Part shown: positions 9,912-19,305 of the stretch, piece after piece
Layout: each line of letters starts with the position of its first letter
How positions within the stretch are numbered: the stretch's first letter is position 1
IMG/VR virus record: IMGVR_UViG_3300025986_000001
Location: 1 to 64,000 of that record
DNA length: 64,000 nucleotides
DNA from: a virus
Lineage: Duplodnaviria; Caudoviricetes
Strand: one strand, 5' to 3'
Translations under genes and position numbers: made by a program
Notes under the pieces: model-generated
What the model was told of the DNA's origin: nothing
The model's database searches: none
What the model saw: only the letters and a program-made list of their open reading frames with translations

Positions 9912-10948
9912 CGCTGTGCTCCAGGGATGTTGTCGTCGTCGTAGAGGGCGTTCATGCCCGGCACCGCCACCGCGGCCGGCGCGTCGCCGGGGCGCCGGGC
10001 AGGGGCGCGGCCCAGCAGGCGCTGCTTCTCCTCGTGCGCCCGGGCGCTGAGAGTCGCGTACTTGGTGCGCAACGTCGGCATGCTCTTGATGTTGGCGTGC
10101 CAGAAGCTGTCCTTCTGGCACCACAGGATCGCCTTGCGGATCTTCTCGGGCTCCCGGCCATCCTTCTCGATCATCAGCCGGCACTGGTTGCGCCAGGTGT
10201 CGGTGACGTTCGGGCGCACCCCGTCGGGGTCGTTACCTGCGATCTGATCGGCGAGCAGGTCGCACAGCTCGACCACGATCGGGTCGAACACCCTCGGCTC
10301 GGTCCGCCGTGGCCGCCCACGGCGCGCTCGCGCCCGGGCTTCAGCGGGATGCTGCGCCACCGGCGGCGTCTCGCCCGGTTCGACCGCGACCAGTGCCACA
10401 CCCGCATGCGGGTCAGCCGGCGGGTTCTTGCGCGGGCGTCCCGGTGGCCGGGCGGGCTTCTTCTCCGGCTTCTGGTGGCCGTCCCAGCGGGTGGCCAGCC
10501 CCTTGGCGCCGCTACCGCGCCGCTGCTCGGCGATGCGCCGCTCCTGCTCGGCGGTGCGGTTGTGGTTGAGGATGTCGTGCAGGTAGACGTGCAGGTAGCG
10601 CGGCTGCGGGCAGCGCGGGCAGCCGTGGTCGGCCTGGTGCCAGAGACCGTCGGTCATCAGGGTCTTGGCGAACTGCGGTGGCAGGCCGGTGGCTTCGAGC
10701 ACCGTCTCGGGCACGATGTGCCCGTCGGTGCCCAACTCACGGGACATCCCGATGGCCGCGGCATGCAGAGCCAGCGTGGCCATCCGTTCGACGGGATCGG
10801 CGACGTGCGTGAGCTTGCCGGGCTCGGTGAAGAATCCGGCGGTCATACGTACGTGCGGTCGCGGGTCGGTAGCTGTCCGACGTCCGCGGGTCGGGTCGTT
10901 CGAATCCGCCTGCGGTACGAGCGCAGCAGGCATCGAAGAGACCGTCAC
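9908..10948 (-). CDS. phage replication initiator / replisome organiser
   Basis: C-terminal RLMIEKDGR...DSFWHANIKSMPTLRTKY domain; directly upstream of loader and helicase; AAGGAG before GTG 10948. Confidence 0.75.
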   Translation of the reverse strand: MTVSSMPAALVPQADSNDPTRGRRTATDPRPHVRMTAGFFTEPGKLTHVADPVERMATLALHAAAIGMSRELGTDGHIVPETVLEATGLPPQFAKTLMTDGLWHQADHGCPRCPQPRYLHVYLHDILNHNRTAEQERRIAEQRRGSGAKGLATRWDGHQKPEKKPARPPGRPRKNPPADPHAGVALVAVEPGETPPVAQHPAEARARARRGRPRRTEPRVFDPIVVELCDLLADQIAGNDPDGVRPNVTDTWRNQCRLMIEKDGREPEKIRKAILWCQKDSFWHANIKSMPTLRTKYATLSARAHEEKQRLLGRAPARRPGDAPAAVAVPGMNALYDDDNIPGAQR

Positions 10949-11154
10949 GGTGGGCTCCTTGGGGTCGTTGCTCTTGTGACGATCGCGCTGGCTTGAGGCC
11001 GCGCGTAAATACAAAACCTAATGTCAAAATGTCCGAATGGCAAGTGCAACATCGGGGTTTTCGGAAAAACCCCGATCGGGGGATCCAGCAGGCACTTCTT
11101 CCGAATTCTGCCACGACGTTGGCGGGCGTCCATCGTGATCTATACGATGGCGCC

Positions 11155-11508
11155 ATGGCCGACACCAACCATCGCTCACTGCGGCTGCCGTCGTGGCTGT
11201 GGCAGCAGTACGGCAAGGTCGTCGGTGACATCGGCCGCGCCAGTGACCTGAAGGTCTTCATGGACTGGCGCATCGACCATACGGATGCCGTGCTCGGCGA
11301 TGACGTCGCCGCGCCGCACGATTTCCTGACGACTCTGCGCGTCGAAGAGCCGCGCTGGGAAATGTTCATGGCAACGGTCGGGGACAGTGAATGCTCGGCG
11401 GAGATGCGCCGCTACATCTGGTGGCGCATTCAGCACCCCCAGGATCCGCTGCCCGGCCGGCGGTTGGGCCCGCTGCGCCGGCAGAGCCGCGCCGCTGCGC
11501 TGGTCTGA
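11155..11508 (+). CDS. tandem ribbon-helix-helix DNA-binding protein
   Basis: Two repeats, RSLRLPSWLW..VG...DLKVFMDWRI and TTLRVEEPRW..VG...EMRRYIWWRI; TACGAT -10 six nt before ATG (leaderless). Confidence 0.6.
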   Translation: MADTNHRSLRLPSWLWQQYGKVVGDIGRASDLKVFMDWRIDHTDAVLGDDVAAPHDFLTTLRVEEPRWEMFMATVGDSECSAEMRRYIWWRIQHPQDPLPGRRLGPLRRQSRAAALV

Positions 11509-11515
11509 ACAAAGT

Positions 11516-11550
11516 CCGGCCCCCACCCAGTGAACCGAGGTGGGGGCCGG
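11516..11550. terminator. inverted repeat between convergent genes
   Basis: CCGGCCCCCACC...GGTGGGGGCCGG. Confidence 0.7.
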
Positions 11551-11556
11551 GCTTGT

Positions 11557-12156
11557 TCAGGTCGCTTTTGCGTCCGAACGTGTCGGCAGTGTGGCGTGCC
11601 GTGCTTCGCGCCGGGTGGCGTGCCGCGGGCGGATCAGCAGTTCGAACTGCGCGGCCTCGACGATCTGGAGCAGCCCGCGCAACCGAATGTCGTCGTAAGG
11701 CCCCGAGTTCTTGGCGAGTGCGACCAGCGAAGCGCCGCCGAGCTTGGCTTTCTTGTTCAAGCCGGTGACGGTCAGCGCGTTGGCGGCGGCCATGGTGTTC
11801 AGCAGCACGGCCACGTCGGACAGTGCGCCGATCGGAACCTCGATGCGAGCACCGTCCGGCGCGGTGATCAGGAGCTCGACGGCTCCCTCCGGGTAGATCA
11901 CGATGCCGCGCGGGTCGCGGACCCGGCCGGCCATCTCCCAGTTGACCGCCCGCAGCAGCCGCAGCAGCGGGACGAGACTCATATCCTTGGTCTTCCTGCT
12001 GCCGGTGCCGATGCCGATCAACGATCCGTTCTGCACGCCGCCTGCCTCGACCATCTTCGTCAGGCTCAGCTTCAACCGGCCGGCCATCAGCCGCATCGCT
12101 GTGCCGACGTCGGCCATCTCGGCGATACGGACCTCAAGGAGGTTGGACGTGCTCAC
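11557..12156 (-). CDS. protein with two Xre-like HTH repeats
   Basis: Internal duplication EVRIAEMADV..LLRLLRAVNWEM / EVPIGALSDV..LLQIVEAAQFEL; GTGA overlap. Confidence 0.55.
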   Translation of the reverse strand: MSTSNLLEVRIAEMADVGTAMRLMAGRLKLSLTKMVEAGGVQNGSLIGIGTGSRKTKDMSLVPLLRLLRAVNWEMAGRVRDPRGIVIYPEGAVELLITAPDGARIEVPIGALSDVAVLLNTMAAANALTVTGLNKKAKLGGASLVALAKNSGPYDDIRLRGLLQIVEAAQFELLIRPRHATRREARHATLPTRSDAKAT

Positions 12157-13208
12157 GCGGTCACCCCGCCCAGCGGTTCCCAGCCGGTCGGACGGTCGGC
12201 GGCATGCGGGTCGATCGGCCGCGCGACGTGGGAGTACCGGGCGTGCGGCGGGGTCTTCAGCGCGCCCATCGTCGCGCCCTGATACCACTTGTTCCAGGTG
12301 TGGAAGAAGAAGTGGATCCACACCCAGTCCGGGGCCGCCGTCTCGGCCGGCGACAGGTGCCTCTTGAGACGCTCGCGCAGCACGAAGATGGGGTACTCGG
12401 GGCCGACCTGTGCGGGGCCGACCTGCAGCTCGTGGAAGAACATCTCGCAGCGTTCCAGGTCGATGCGCGAGAGCACGAGATACACGAAGGCGACCACAGC
12501 CGGCGCGGCGGTCTTCGGGGCGAACAGGGTTCGCACCCCGGCGCCGCGGCGAGAGGCGGCCTGGATCTCCGGCTTGAGCTCGCTGAAGGTCTGCAGCAGC
12601 ATGCTGGGGCTGGCGGAAATGCCCAGGAACGGGGGGTTCGGGATGCGGCCGATGTTGGCCACACCGTAGTTGCCCCGGCGCCAGTAGAAAACCCTGCGGG
12701 TAACACCGGCGTTCATGGACACGTTGCTGATACCCATGCTGGTCAGCACGTCGGTGAACGACCGTGCACGGCCGGTGTCGAACACCGAGAAGGTGTCCGG
12801 CAGCAGGCCGCGGATGACGACCATGAACTCGGGTAGACCTGAGAGCGTCACCGCTTTGAGCCGGTGCTGGCCGTCGATCAGCTCGCCGAGGGTGTTGAAG
12901 CGCACCGGGTCACCCGTGAAGGGCCAGTTCTCGCTGCGCATGTCCTCGGCATAGCGGTCGACCAGCGAATCCGAGATGGAGCGCTGTTTGATGGCCGAGG
13001 TGGCACTGGGCCGCTTCGACAGGTAGTGCTCGGCCAGCTCCGGGGTGATCAGTTCCAGCGTGATCTCGACGTCCGGCAGTTGCGGGTGGGTCAGGATCGA
13101 GACCGGCTGCTGAAGCACGCTGACCGCTGCGGATTTGGTGCGCGCCCGGGCAACCGCGGCGATCTTCGCGGCCGGTGTTTCGGTCGAGTAGGAGGGAGTG
13201 GGACTCAT
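12153..13208 (-). CDS. ParB-like N-terminal domain (DGQHR) protein
   Basis: ITPELAEHYL...YAEDM...LIDGQHRLKAV. Confidence 0.75.
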   Translation of the reverse strand: MSPTPSYSTETPAAKIAAVARARTKSAAVSVLQQPVSILTHPQLPDVEITLELITPELAEHYLSKRPSATSAIKQRSISDSLVDRYAEDMRSENWPFTGDPVRFNTLGELIDGQHRLKAVTLSGLPEFMVVIRGLLPDTFSVFDTGRARSFTDVLTSMGISNVSMNAGVTRRVFYWRRGNYGVANIGRIPNPPFLGISASPSMLLQTFSELKPEIQAASRRGAGVRTLFAPKTAAPAVVAFVYLVLSRIDLERCEMFFHELQVGPAQVGPEYPIFVLRERLKRHLSPAETAAPDWVWIHFFFHTWNKWYQGATMGALKTPPHARYSHVARPIDPHAADRPTGWEPLGGVTA

Positions 13209-13293
13209 GAGGTGCCTTCCTGGAGGGAGGGTGTCCAGCAGAACCGCTTAGCTGCTGACCATTAGAACAGAGGATGACGTACGAAGTCACGTT

Positions 13294-13935
13294 TCAATCT
13301 ACATTTACCTCCCTGTGGGTCTGCTGCTGCGGCGTCCCCCGCTTCCAGGCAACGTGCTTACAGGCACAGTTTTCCCAGCTCTCCCCGTGTCTGGCATGGC
13401 GGGACTTGGCGGCCAGGGTGCCGCATTCTTTCACCGCGCGCTTGCCTCTTCTGGGGGAGGTCCGTGCCTTCTCCTGCCATCGATAGCAGGCGCCGGCCAC
13501 CCCCGACTTGCTCAGGCGCAACTGGTCCGCCACCTGCTGATACGTCCAGCCGGCCGCGATCATTTCAAGAATCTGATCACGGTAATCGCGGTAGGCCAGC
13601 GGGGTTTCCGGGTCGCATGCCTGGCACCGGTCTGTCGCATGACTGACAGGAACGCAGATCAGACCGCATTCCGCGCACGGAGCCGGGGTCCGCCGCAGGC
13701 CGGCCCATGTGTTGCGTTCCTGCAGTGTCAGGCCGGCCCAGACACCCTGTGGATTGTCGTGCCCGTAGGCGGCGCTCAGGTCTTCGGCATCTGCGTAGCA
13801 CCGCATCTGCACAGGGCAGCCGGCGCAGACCTTCTTGGCCAGCAGGACTGCCTGACGGCCGTCGGGAACCATGTCCTGACGGCCGTCGGCGCAGGCGGCG
13901 CGGCGGCGCCAATCGGGCGTGTCAACAGGCCTCGT
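13294..13935 (-). CDS. whiB: WhiB-family regulator with additional Zn-finger and HTH
   Basis: W....AC..., AKKVCAGCPVQMRC, GVWAGLTLQER; start uncertain (ACG at 13935 or ATG at 13872). Confidence 0.8.
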   Translation of the reverse strand, partial: TRPVDTPDWRRRAACADGRQDMVPDGRQAVLLAKKVCAGCPVQMRCYADAEDLSAAYGHDNPQGVWAGLTLQERNTWAGLRRTPAPCAECGLICVPVSHATDRCQACDPETPLAYRDYRDQILEMIAAGWTYQQVADQLRLSKSGVAGACYRWQEKARTSPRRGKRAVKECGTLAAKSRHARHGESWENCACKHVAWKRGTPQQQTHREVNVD

Positions 13936-14605
13936 CGAGGGCCCCCTTAGCTACGTCCTCCCAGGTCAGCGGCGCGTTGGGAGTGCCTGCGGCACAACGT
14001 GCGTAGAAGCCTTTCGGCCGGACCCCGGCCAGCGCCGCCATCTCCTGGTCGATCAGGCCCGACAGCAGGCAGCAGGGATACCACACGGCGACATCTTGCC
14101 CGGCCTCCTGCAGGCTGAGCAGGTGCTGCTTCTGCCCGCGTTTCCATTCCGGGCGCATCGCCTTGAGCTCCCTGATGATCAGTTTCGGACCGAAGCGCCC
14201 CCAGTAGATGTCATCGGGGAATCCGTCGCCGCTGTGCAGCTCGATCGGATTGTGCCGGTATCCGATCTTGTAGACCTTCAAGGCCATGTCCTTGACCACG
14301 GCCCGCAGATACGGTTTACGGCCGCGGGACTTCTCCTCGGTCCACCGCCAGGCCGGCTCGGCGTTGACCCCCGACTTGGGCAGCGCCTTGCCGCCCGGGC
14401 CGACCTGCGGCACGTAGCCGCAGTCGCAGGTCTCCCAGGCGATACCGTTCGGGTCCCCGACCACCGGAGCCACAGCAACCGGCTCGAGCAGCTTCAGCTT
14501 GGCAGCCGCGCGCTGGGTCGCACGCTGCTGCGGGGTCATCGCGGCCAGCTTCGCCGCACGCACCTCGTTGTGACGGTCGTAGATGCCGACCCGGCCCCGG
14601 CTCAC
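13922..14605 (-). CDS. VRR-NUC (PD-(D/E)xK) nuclease
   Basis: GFPD...RELK...Q..HL..L..AG..V.VW.P; GTGA overlap. Confidence 0.7.
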   Translation of the reverse strand: MSRGRVGIYDRHNEVRAAKLAAMTPQQRATQRAAAKLKLLEPVAVAPVVGDPNGIAWETCDCGYVPQVGPGGKALPKSGVNAEPAWRWTEEKSRGRKPYLRAVVKDMALKVYKIGYRHNPIELHSGDGFPDDIYWGRFGPKLIIRELKAMRPEWKRGQKQHLLSLQEAGQDVAVWYPCCLLSGLIDQEMAALAGVRPKGFYARCAAGTPNAPLTWEDVAKGALDEAC

Positions 14606-15123
14606 CGGTGCATCACCGCCAGCTCGGCGCGCGGGAACGCCCGCGCCTGGTCCGCGGCGCGGTTCATCGTGACGGCCCGGATCTGCATCTCCCAGCGATC
14701 TTCGGCCGAGCCGCTGAAGCCCCTGCCCGAGGCCATCTCGGCCGCCGCACGATCCATGGCCTCGGCGTAGTCGTCCAGAGCCTGGCGGCCCAGGGCGGAG
14801 AAGCGGGGCGGCAGCAGACCTTCGGTGGCCAGCACGTCCAGCCCCTGCCCGACGTGCGCGATGCGGTGCCGGGCGTGCACCAGCCAGCCTTTGCCGGCGG
14901 CCAGCCGGGTGCGAATCTCCAGGACCTGCTCCACGCGGTTGACCAGGATCCAGAACGTCAAGGTCTCGATCTCGAAGAAGAAGCCGTTGGACAGATGCGC
15001 CTGCCAGTGGCCCCGCTCGACGGCCCACCGTGCGGCAGCCCGGGCCAGCCCGACGTCACGCTCGTCGGCCACCTGCCCGCCGGCGACCTCCAACAGCATC
15101 TGGACGAAGGTGTCCTCAGCCAT
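14602..15123 (-). CDS. hypothetical protein
   Basis: GGGGAG SD before MAEDTF; coupled to neighbours. Confidence 0.55.
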   Translation of the reverse strand: MAEDTFVQMLLEVAGGQVADERDVGLARAAARWAVERGHWQAHLSNGFFFEIETLTFWILVNRVEQVLEIRTRLAAGKGWLVHARHRIAHVGQGLDVLATEGLLPPRFSALGRQALDDYAEAMDRAAAEMASGRGFSGSAEDRWEMQIRAVTMNRAADQARAFPRAELAVMHR

Positions 15124-15421
15124 CGCGATCTCCCCGTTTGTCGTCATATTCCTGAGCATGCTGTGCGCACAACTCCAGCGTCGAGCCGTCCCTCTTGGTA
15201 ATCAGAACGGCGGCGAAGGCCGTCACGATGTCGTCGCGGGTCACCCACTGCGGGATGTAGGCGGGATTGCGGTGCCAGCGTTCCCGGTTCATCGTGCAAT
15301 GCGCGCACGGCCGTGACTCCCCGACGACCCGCCGACGGTGTTCCCGGCGGCGATACACGACCGCCGGTAGCAGCCTCGGCGGGCCGGCCGCGAAACCGGC
15401 CAGCGACAGCAGATCCTCCAA
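15116..15421 (-). CDS. hypothetical Cys/His Zn-binding protein
   Basis: CAHC...LCAQH; fills the operon gap. Confidence 0.5.
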   Translation of the reverse strand: MEDLLSLAGFAAGPPRLLPAVVYRRREHRRRVVGESRPCAHCTMNRERWHRNPAYIPQWVTRDDIVTAFAAVLITKRDGSTLELCAQHAQEYDDKRGDRDG

Positions 15422-15424
15422 GGC

Positions 15425-15685
15425 TCAGCGCTCGTTCGCCGCACGCAGCTGGTCGAGCATCTGCAGCTTCTCGGCCTCGAGCCGGTCCCGGTCGATGCCG
15501 GCCCATTCGGCGAGCAGGTCGAGCCAGCTTTCGCAGGTCAGGTAGATCCCGTCGGTGTCGACTCTGGCCAGCTGGATGTCTTTCTCGTAGCCCAGCCAGT
15601 CGAGGAACTCGCCGATGGCCTGCGTCTTGTCCTTGACCAGGTCGAGTTTGTCGCGCTCGGGGTACTGCGTTGCGTCGTTGCTCAT
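15425..15685 (-). CDS. phage hypothetical protein
   Basis: QAIGEFLDWL...GIDRDRLEAEK pattern; GAGGAG SD. Confidence 0.6.
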   Translation of the reverse strand: MSNDATQYPERDKLDLVKDKTQAIGEFLDWLGYEKDIQLARVDTDGIYLTCESWLDLLAEWAGIDRDRLEAEKLQMLDQLRAANER

Positions 15686-15778
15686 GTGATCATGCTCCTC
15701 GGGGTTGAGGTTCTTGCTACGAGAAAGAGACACCAGGCCCGGCACGAACGAGGGGCACCGCGGCGAAGCGTTCATCCC

Positions 15779-16237
15779 TTAAGTCACCGGGCCTGGGTCT
15801 CCTCCACCGGGTGTCGCCTCCCGGTAGCTTTCGTCCAACTGAACGCGGAGGCGTTCCAGCTGGTTATGGGTGAGATAGCGCATTCGTCCGAAGGCGATGT
15901 GTGTCAGTCGCTCGGCGCGGACGATCCGGCGCAGCTCAGCTTCACCGATCTTCAGGTGTGCCGCGGCGCCGGCGAACGGGATCAGCTCCGGCAGCCCGTC
16001 CGGTCCGAGGTGGGTACGGTCGGGCAGGGGAATCTGCAGCCAGGCCAGGTAGGCCTGGCGATCGACCCGCCACTGCCCGCCCCGGCCGACCCCCTCGCCG
16101 CGGATCTTCTGTCCGTGCAACCGGTGCGGTTGACGATCGGCCAGCTGCAGCTCTCGGGTCACGTTCCAGACCTTGACGTGCAGGTGCGCGGCGATCTGTG
16201 CCGGGGTCAGTGGGGCACCCTCGCCGTTTCTCAGCAC
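15779..16237 (-). CDS. double HTH_17 / excisionase-like DNA-binding protein
   Basis: LTPAQIAAHLHV...GQWRV and FAGAAAHLKI...HIAFGRMRY. Confidence 0.7.
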   Translation of the reverse strand: MLRNGEGAPLTPAQIAAHLHVKVWNVTRELQLADRQPHRLHGQKIRGEGVGRGGQWRVDRQAYLAWLQIPLPDRTHLGPDGLPELIPFAGAAAHLKIGEAELRRIVRAERLTHIAFGRMRYLTHNQLERLRVQLDESYREATPGGGDPGPVT

Positions 16238-16362
16238 CGTAGAACACCTCGGAATCTGGATATAAGTGTGACACGTTCAGGCTACGGGATCGCCCGCGAC
16301 AGGGCAAGCATCAGCGCGACGGGTCAGTCGGGCAGGAACGAGCGGGGTGCGCCCCGCGCCGG

Positions 16363-17202
16363 TCAGCGGACAGGCGCGGTGTAACAGCTCAGCGCCGCGG
16401 TGGCGATCCGCAGCGCGGTGGCGGCGACCTCGTCACGGTCCAGCTGATCGGTGGTCCAGATCCGGGCGAGCCGGGAAAGCCGGTCGGCGGCCTCGTTCAG
16501 CGGATGCCCCGAGTGTCCCTGCACCCATTCGATCCGGATCCGGTCCTGGTCCTCGCGGACGCGACGGGCCAGTCTGGCCAGGGTGGATTCGCGGCCGCCG
16601 GCACGCTGCAGGTTGTAGCCGGCCGGCCAGACCTGGTATCCGTCGCGCCACAGATTCACGAACCCGATGGCGTCGCGGCTGTCGCTGAGGATGACCACAG
16701 GGGTGCCGGGTTCGATGACGGTCAGGGCGTTGGCGACGGCGCGCAGCTCGGCCTGCAAGGTCCGCTCGGGGTCGGAGCCGTTGGGCTGCGCCCGGCCGCC
16801 GACGACCTTGCCTGATGAAAGCGAGGTGCCGAGGCCGTAGAGGCCGCTGGTGGTCAGGTACGCCCAGGACATCGGCTTCATCACGCGCTCAGCGGCGGTC
16901 AGGGTGAGTTTGTAGCTGCCGTCGACACCGACGGTGACCGGTACGTCGCCCGCCGTCGGCAGGTCGTCGACCGTGCCGCGCAGGACATGCCTGTCGCCGC
17001 CGGGCGTTTTGATCCGGGCCATCCCGAACCGGGATTCCGAGCCGGACGGGGGCCGCCCGGGCGCGGCGGTATCACAGACGCTGCGGGAGAACTTCTCCGC
17101 GAACTCAGGCACATGCTGCCAGGTTGAGGAGAAGTCGCCGGGGGTTTCGACGGGTCGCACCAGCACGCGGCAGTTCGCGCAGATGCGCACGGCGGACTCC
17201 AT
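16363..17202 (-). CDS. ribonuclease H-like protein
   Basis: VDGS, AELRA, SDSR, WVQGHSGHPLNEAADRLS catalytic set. Confidence 0.85.
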   Translation of the reverse strand: MESAVRICANCRVLVRPVETPGDFSSTWQHVPEFAEKFSRSVCDTAAPGRPPSGSESRFGMARIKTPGGDRHVLRGTVDDLPTAGDVPVTVGVDGSYKLTLTAAERVMKPMSWAYLTTSGLYGLGTSLSSGKVVGGRAQPNGSDPERTLQAELRAVANALTVIEPGTPVVILSDSRDAIGFVNLWRDGYQVWPAGYNLQRAGGRESTLARLARRVREDQDRIRIEWVQGHSGHPLNEAADRLSRLARIWTTDQLDRDEVAATALRIATAALSCYTAPVR

Positions 17203-17310
17203 CGCTTCTCCTCTCCCGCGGCGGTGTCGTGATCCTACTCTACGATCTTCCGGCGGCGTCGCGCCTACATGAAGAAGATCATAAAAGTGGATGCTCTCGG
17301 ACGACCCGGA

Positions 17311-17889
17311 TCACGTCGGCCAGGTGCAGAAGTCCCAGTGTGCGCGGCTAGGCACCGGCCCGCGGGTCTGCATCTGGTAGCGCGAGCCGTAGACCTGATG
17401 ACCGTACGGATGCTCGCTCGGGCAGCTGAGCTGGAAGATGCACAGCTGCCCGATCCTCATCCCCGGCCACAGCTTGATCGGCAGCCCGGCGGCGTTGGCC
17501 AACTCCAGCGTGATGTGGCCGCTGAAGCCGGGGTCGATGAACCCGGCGGTGGAGTGCACCATCAGACCGAGTCGGCCGAGGCTGCTCTTGCCCTCGATGC
17601 GGGCGGCCAGCGAATCGCTGACGCTGACGCGCTCCAGGGTGGCGCCGAGCGCGAACTCGCCGGGGTGCAGGACGAAGGACTCGCCGTCGGCGACCTCGAT
17701 CTGCTCGGTCAACCCTGCCTGCTCGATCGCCGGGTCGATCGCGGTGTGCCGATGGCCGGCGAAGACCCGGAAGAACCGGTCCAGTCGTACATCGATGCTT
17801 GCCGGTTGCAGCAGCTGCGGATCGTAGGGGTCGAGCCGAAGCTGCTTGTCCGTCAGCAACATCGCGATCGTCGTATCGGACGCCAGCAC
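17311..17889 (-). CDS. dcd: dCTP deaminase
   Basis: [36 protein letters not shown]. Confidence 0.95.
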   Translation of the reverse strand: MLASDTTIAMLLTDKQLRLDPYDPQLLQPASIDVRLDRFFRVFAGHRHTAIDPAIEQAGLTEQIEVADGESFVLHPGEFALGATLERVSVSDSLAARIEGKSSLGRLGLMVHSTAGFIDPGFSGHITLELANAAGLPIKLWPGMRIGQLCIFQLSCPSEHPYGHQVYGSRYQMQTRGPVPSRAHWDFCTWPT

Positions 17890-18132
17890 GCAACCCCCTC
17901 ATGGTGATCTTCGAGCGAACTTTGTAGTCAGGCTCGTCGTCCTCGGCTACAGTGTCGGTACCTTCGGTCTTCTGGAGGCTGTTGGGATTCTGGGAAGGGC
18001 GTCCGGGGGCAATCCGGGTGTCCTTCTTTTCTGTTTCGGCCGAACCAGTCTCGGCCGGCTTATCCGCCATCGGGTTCTCGATCTGGTCGAAGTCGGTCAG
18101 CAGGCAAGATAGCAACCGCCGCCCGGGCCGGC

Positions 18133-18351
18133 TCAGGGCGGATCCTCGATCAAGGCCACCTGGTGCGCTTCCCAGCGTTGCTGCGCCTGGTCGCTCGACA
18201 GCGGCTCGGTGGACAACACCAACTCGTAGGAGTCGCTGTGGGAGTCGACCGCCGTGGCATAGACCGGGCCGCCGTGGAACTGCCCGATGACGGCCGCCAG
18301 GGCCTCGGCGGTGACGCCCTCGCGGAAGTCCCAGCTCAAGAACCTGATCAT
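18133..18351 (-). CDS. hypothetical protein
   Basis: MIRFLSWDFRE...; ATGA overlap. Confidence 0.55.
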   Translation of the reverse strand: MIRFLSWDFREGVTAEALAAVIGQFHGGPVYATAVDSHSDSYELVLSTEPLSSDQAQQRWEAHQVALIEDPP

Positions 18352-19196
18352 GAGTTGGCCTCTGCCGGCTCGTGATCGGCGGCCAGCAGGTGCTGTAGCG
18401 CGCCGTAGCGTACCCGCACATCGCGGGAGCTCATCGTCCGGGCCAGGTTCGCCAAGGTGAATTCCGCCTCGAGGTACTCGCGCAGCTTCGTGGCCAGCGC
18501 CGACCGGGCGCCCCGCTTTTTCTCGGCATACGCCTGCCAGAGCGCGCGCAGTTCGGCGCGCTGCTCGCGGGTGACCCGTGGGACGCCCTGGCCCGGGTCG
18601 CCGATCTTGCGGCCGGAGTAGACGCCGGAGGCAGTGCCGGCCACCGATGGGCACGGCGTGCGCATCCCGTGCCGCTCCAGCCGGCTGGTGACCGCCCGGT
18701 GGCTGATGCCCAGCACGGCGGCCAGGTAGTAGGCGCTGAAGCCTTCGACGGTGGTGAGCCGGTACAGCTCGGCGGAGAAGGCCTCGCTGGTCCGGCGGTT
18801 GCCGCGCCCGGCCGACACCCCGCCGTTGACCTTACTGGCGATCTGCTGGGACCGCCGCAGTGCGGCGATGGCCTCCGGCGACAGCCGCCTGCCGTCGATC
18901 ATGGCGTGGACGAGGACCGGCTCCGGCACGACGTACCCGGCCGCGGCCGCCAGCGCTTCGACGTCCTCATCCCCGGCCCGGGCCCGGGCCCGCTCGATCC
19001 GCTTACTGACCGCCGACGGGTTCATCCCCAGCGCCGCCGCCAGCACCGGCGTCCGCCAGCGCTTGCTGCGGGCCGCCGCCAGCACCACGTTGAGCGCCGG
19101 ATCGCCGGGCGCCGCCGCGTTCAGCTCGCGCAGGGTCCGCGCGAAATCGTCGGGGATCTCCTGGTAGGCGCCGCCGCGGGTCGAATCCATCGTCAT
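18348..19196 (-). CDS. multi-HTH DNA-binding protein
   Basis: LAAALGMNPSAVSKRI and LAAVLGISHRAVTSRL helices. Confidence 0.65.
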   Translation of the reverse strand: MTMDSTRGGAYQEIPDDFARTLRELNAAAPGDPALNVVLAAARSKRWRTPVLAAALGMNPSAVSKRIERARARAGDEDVEALAAAAGYVVPEPVLVHAMIDGRRLSPEAIAALRRSQQIASKVNGGVSAGRGNRRTSEAFSAELYRLTTVEGFSAYYLAAVLGISHRAVTSRLERHGMRTPCPSVAGTASGVYSGRKIGDPGQGVPRVTREQRAELRALWQAYAEKKRGARSALATKLREYLEAEFTLANLARTMSSRDVRVRYGALQHLLAADHEPAEANS

Positions 19197-19305
19197 CTCC
19201 TGGGCCGTGCGGACAGGCTGAGGCCGCCCGCGGATCCGCGGGCGGCCTCATCATCATCTCACAACAGCGAACTATACCGCTGCGACAGTTGCACCACTAC
19301 GACGA

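Noticed and set aside
12153-13208. Dnd phosphorothioation system (DGQHR)
   Set aside because: A single ParB-like DGQHR protein with no other dnd genes; common in phages.
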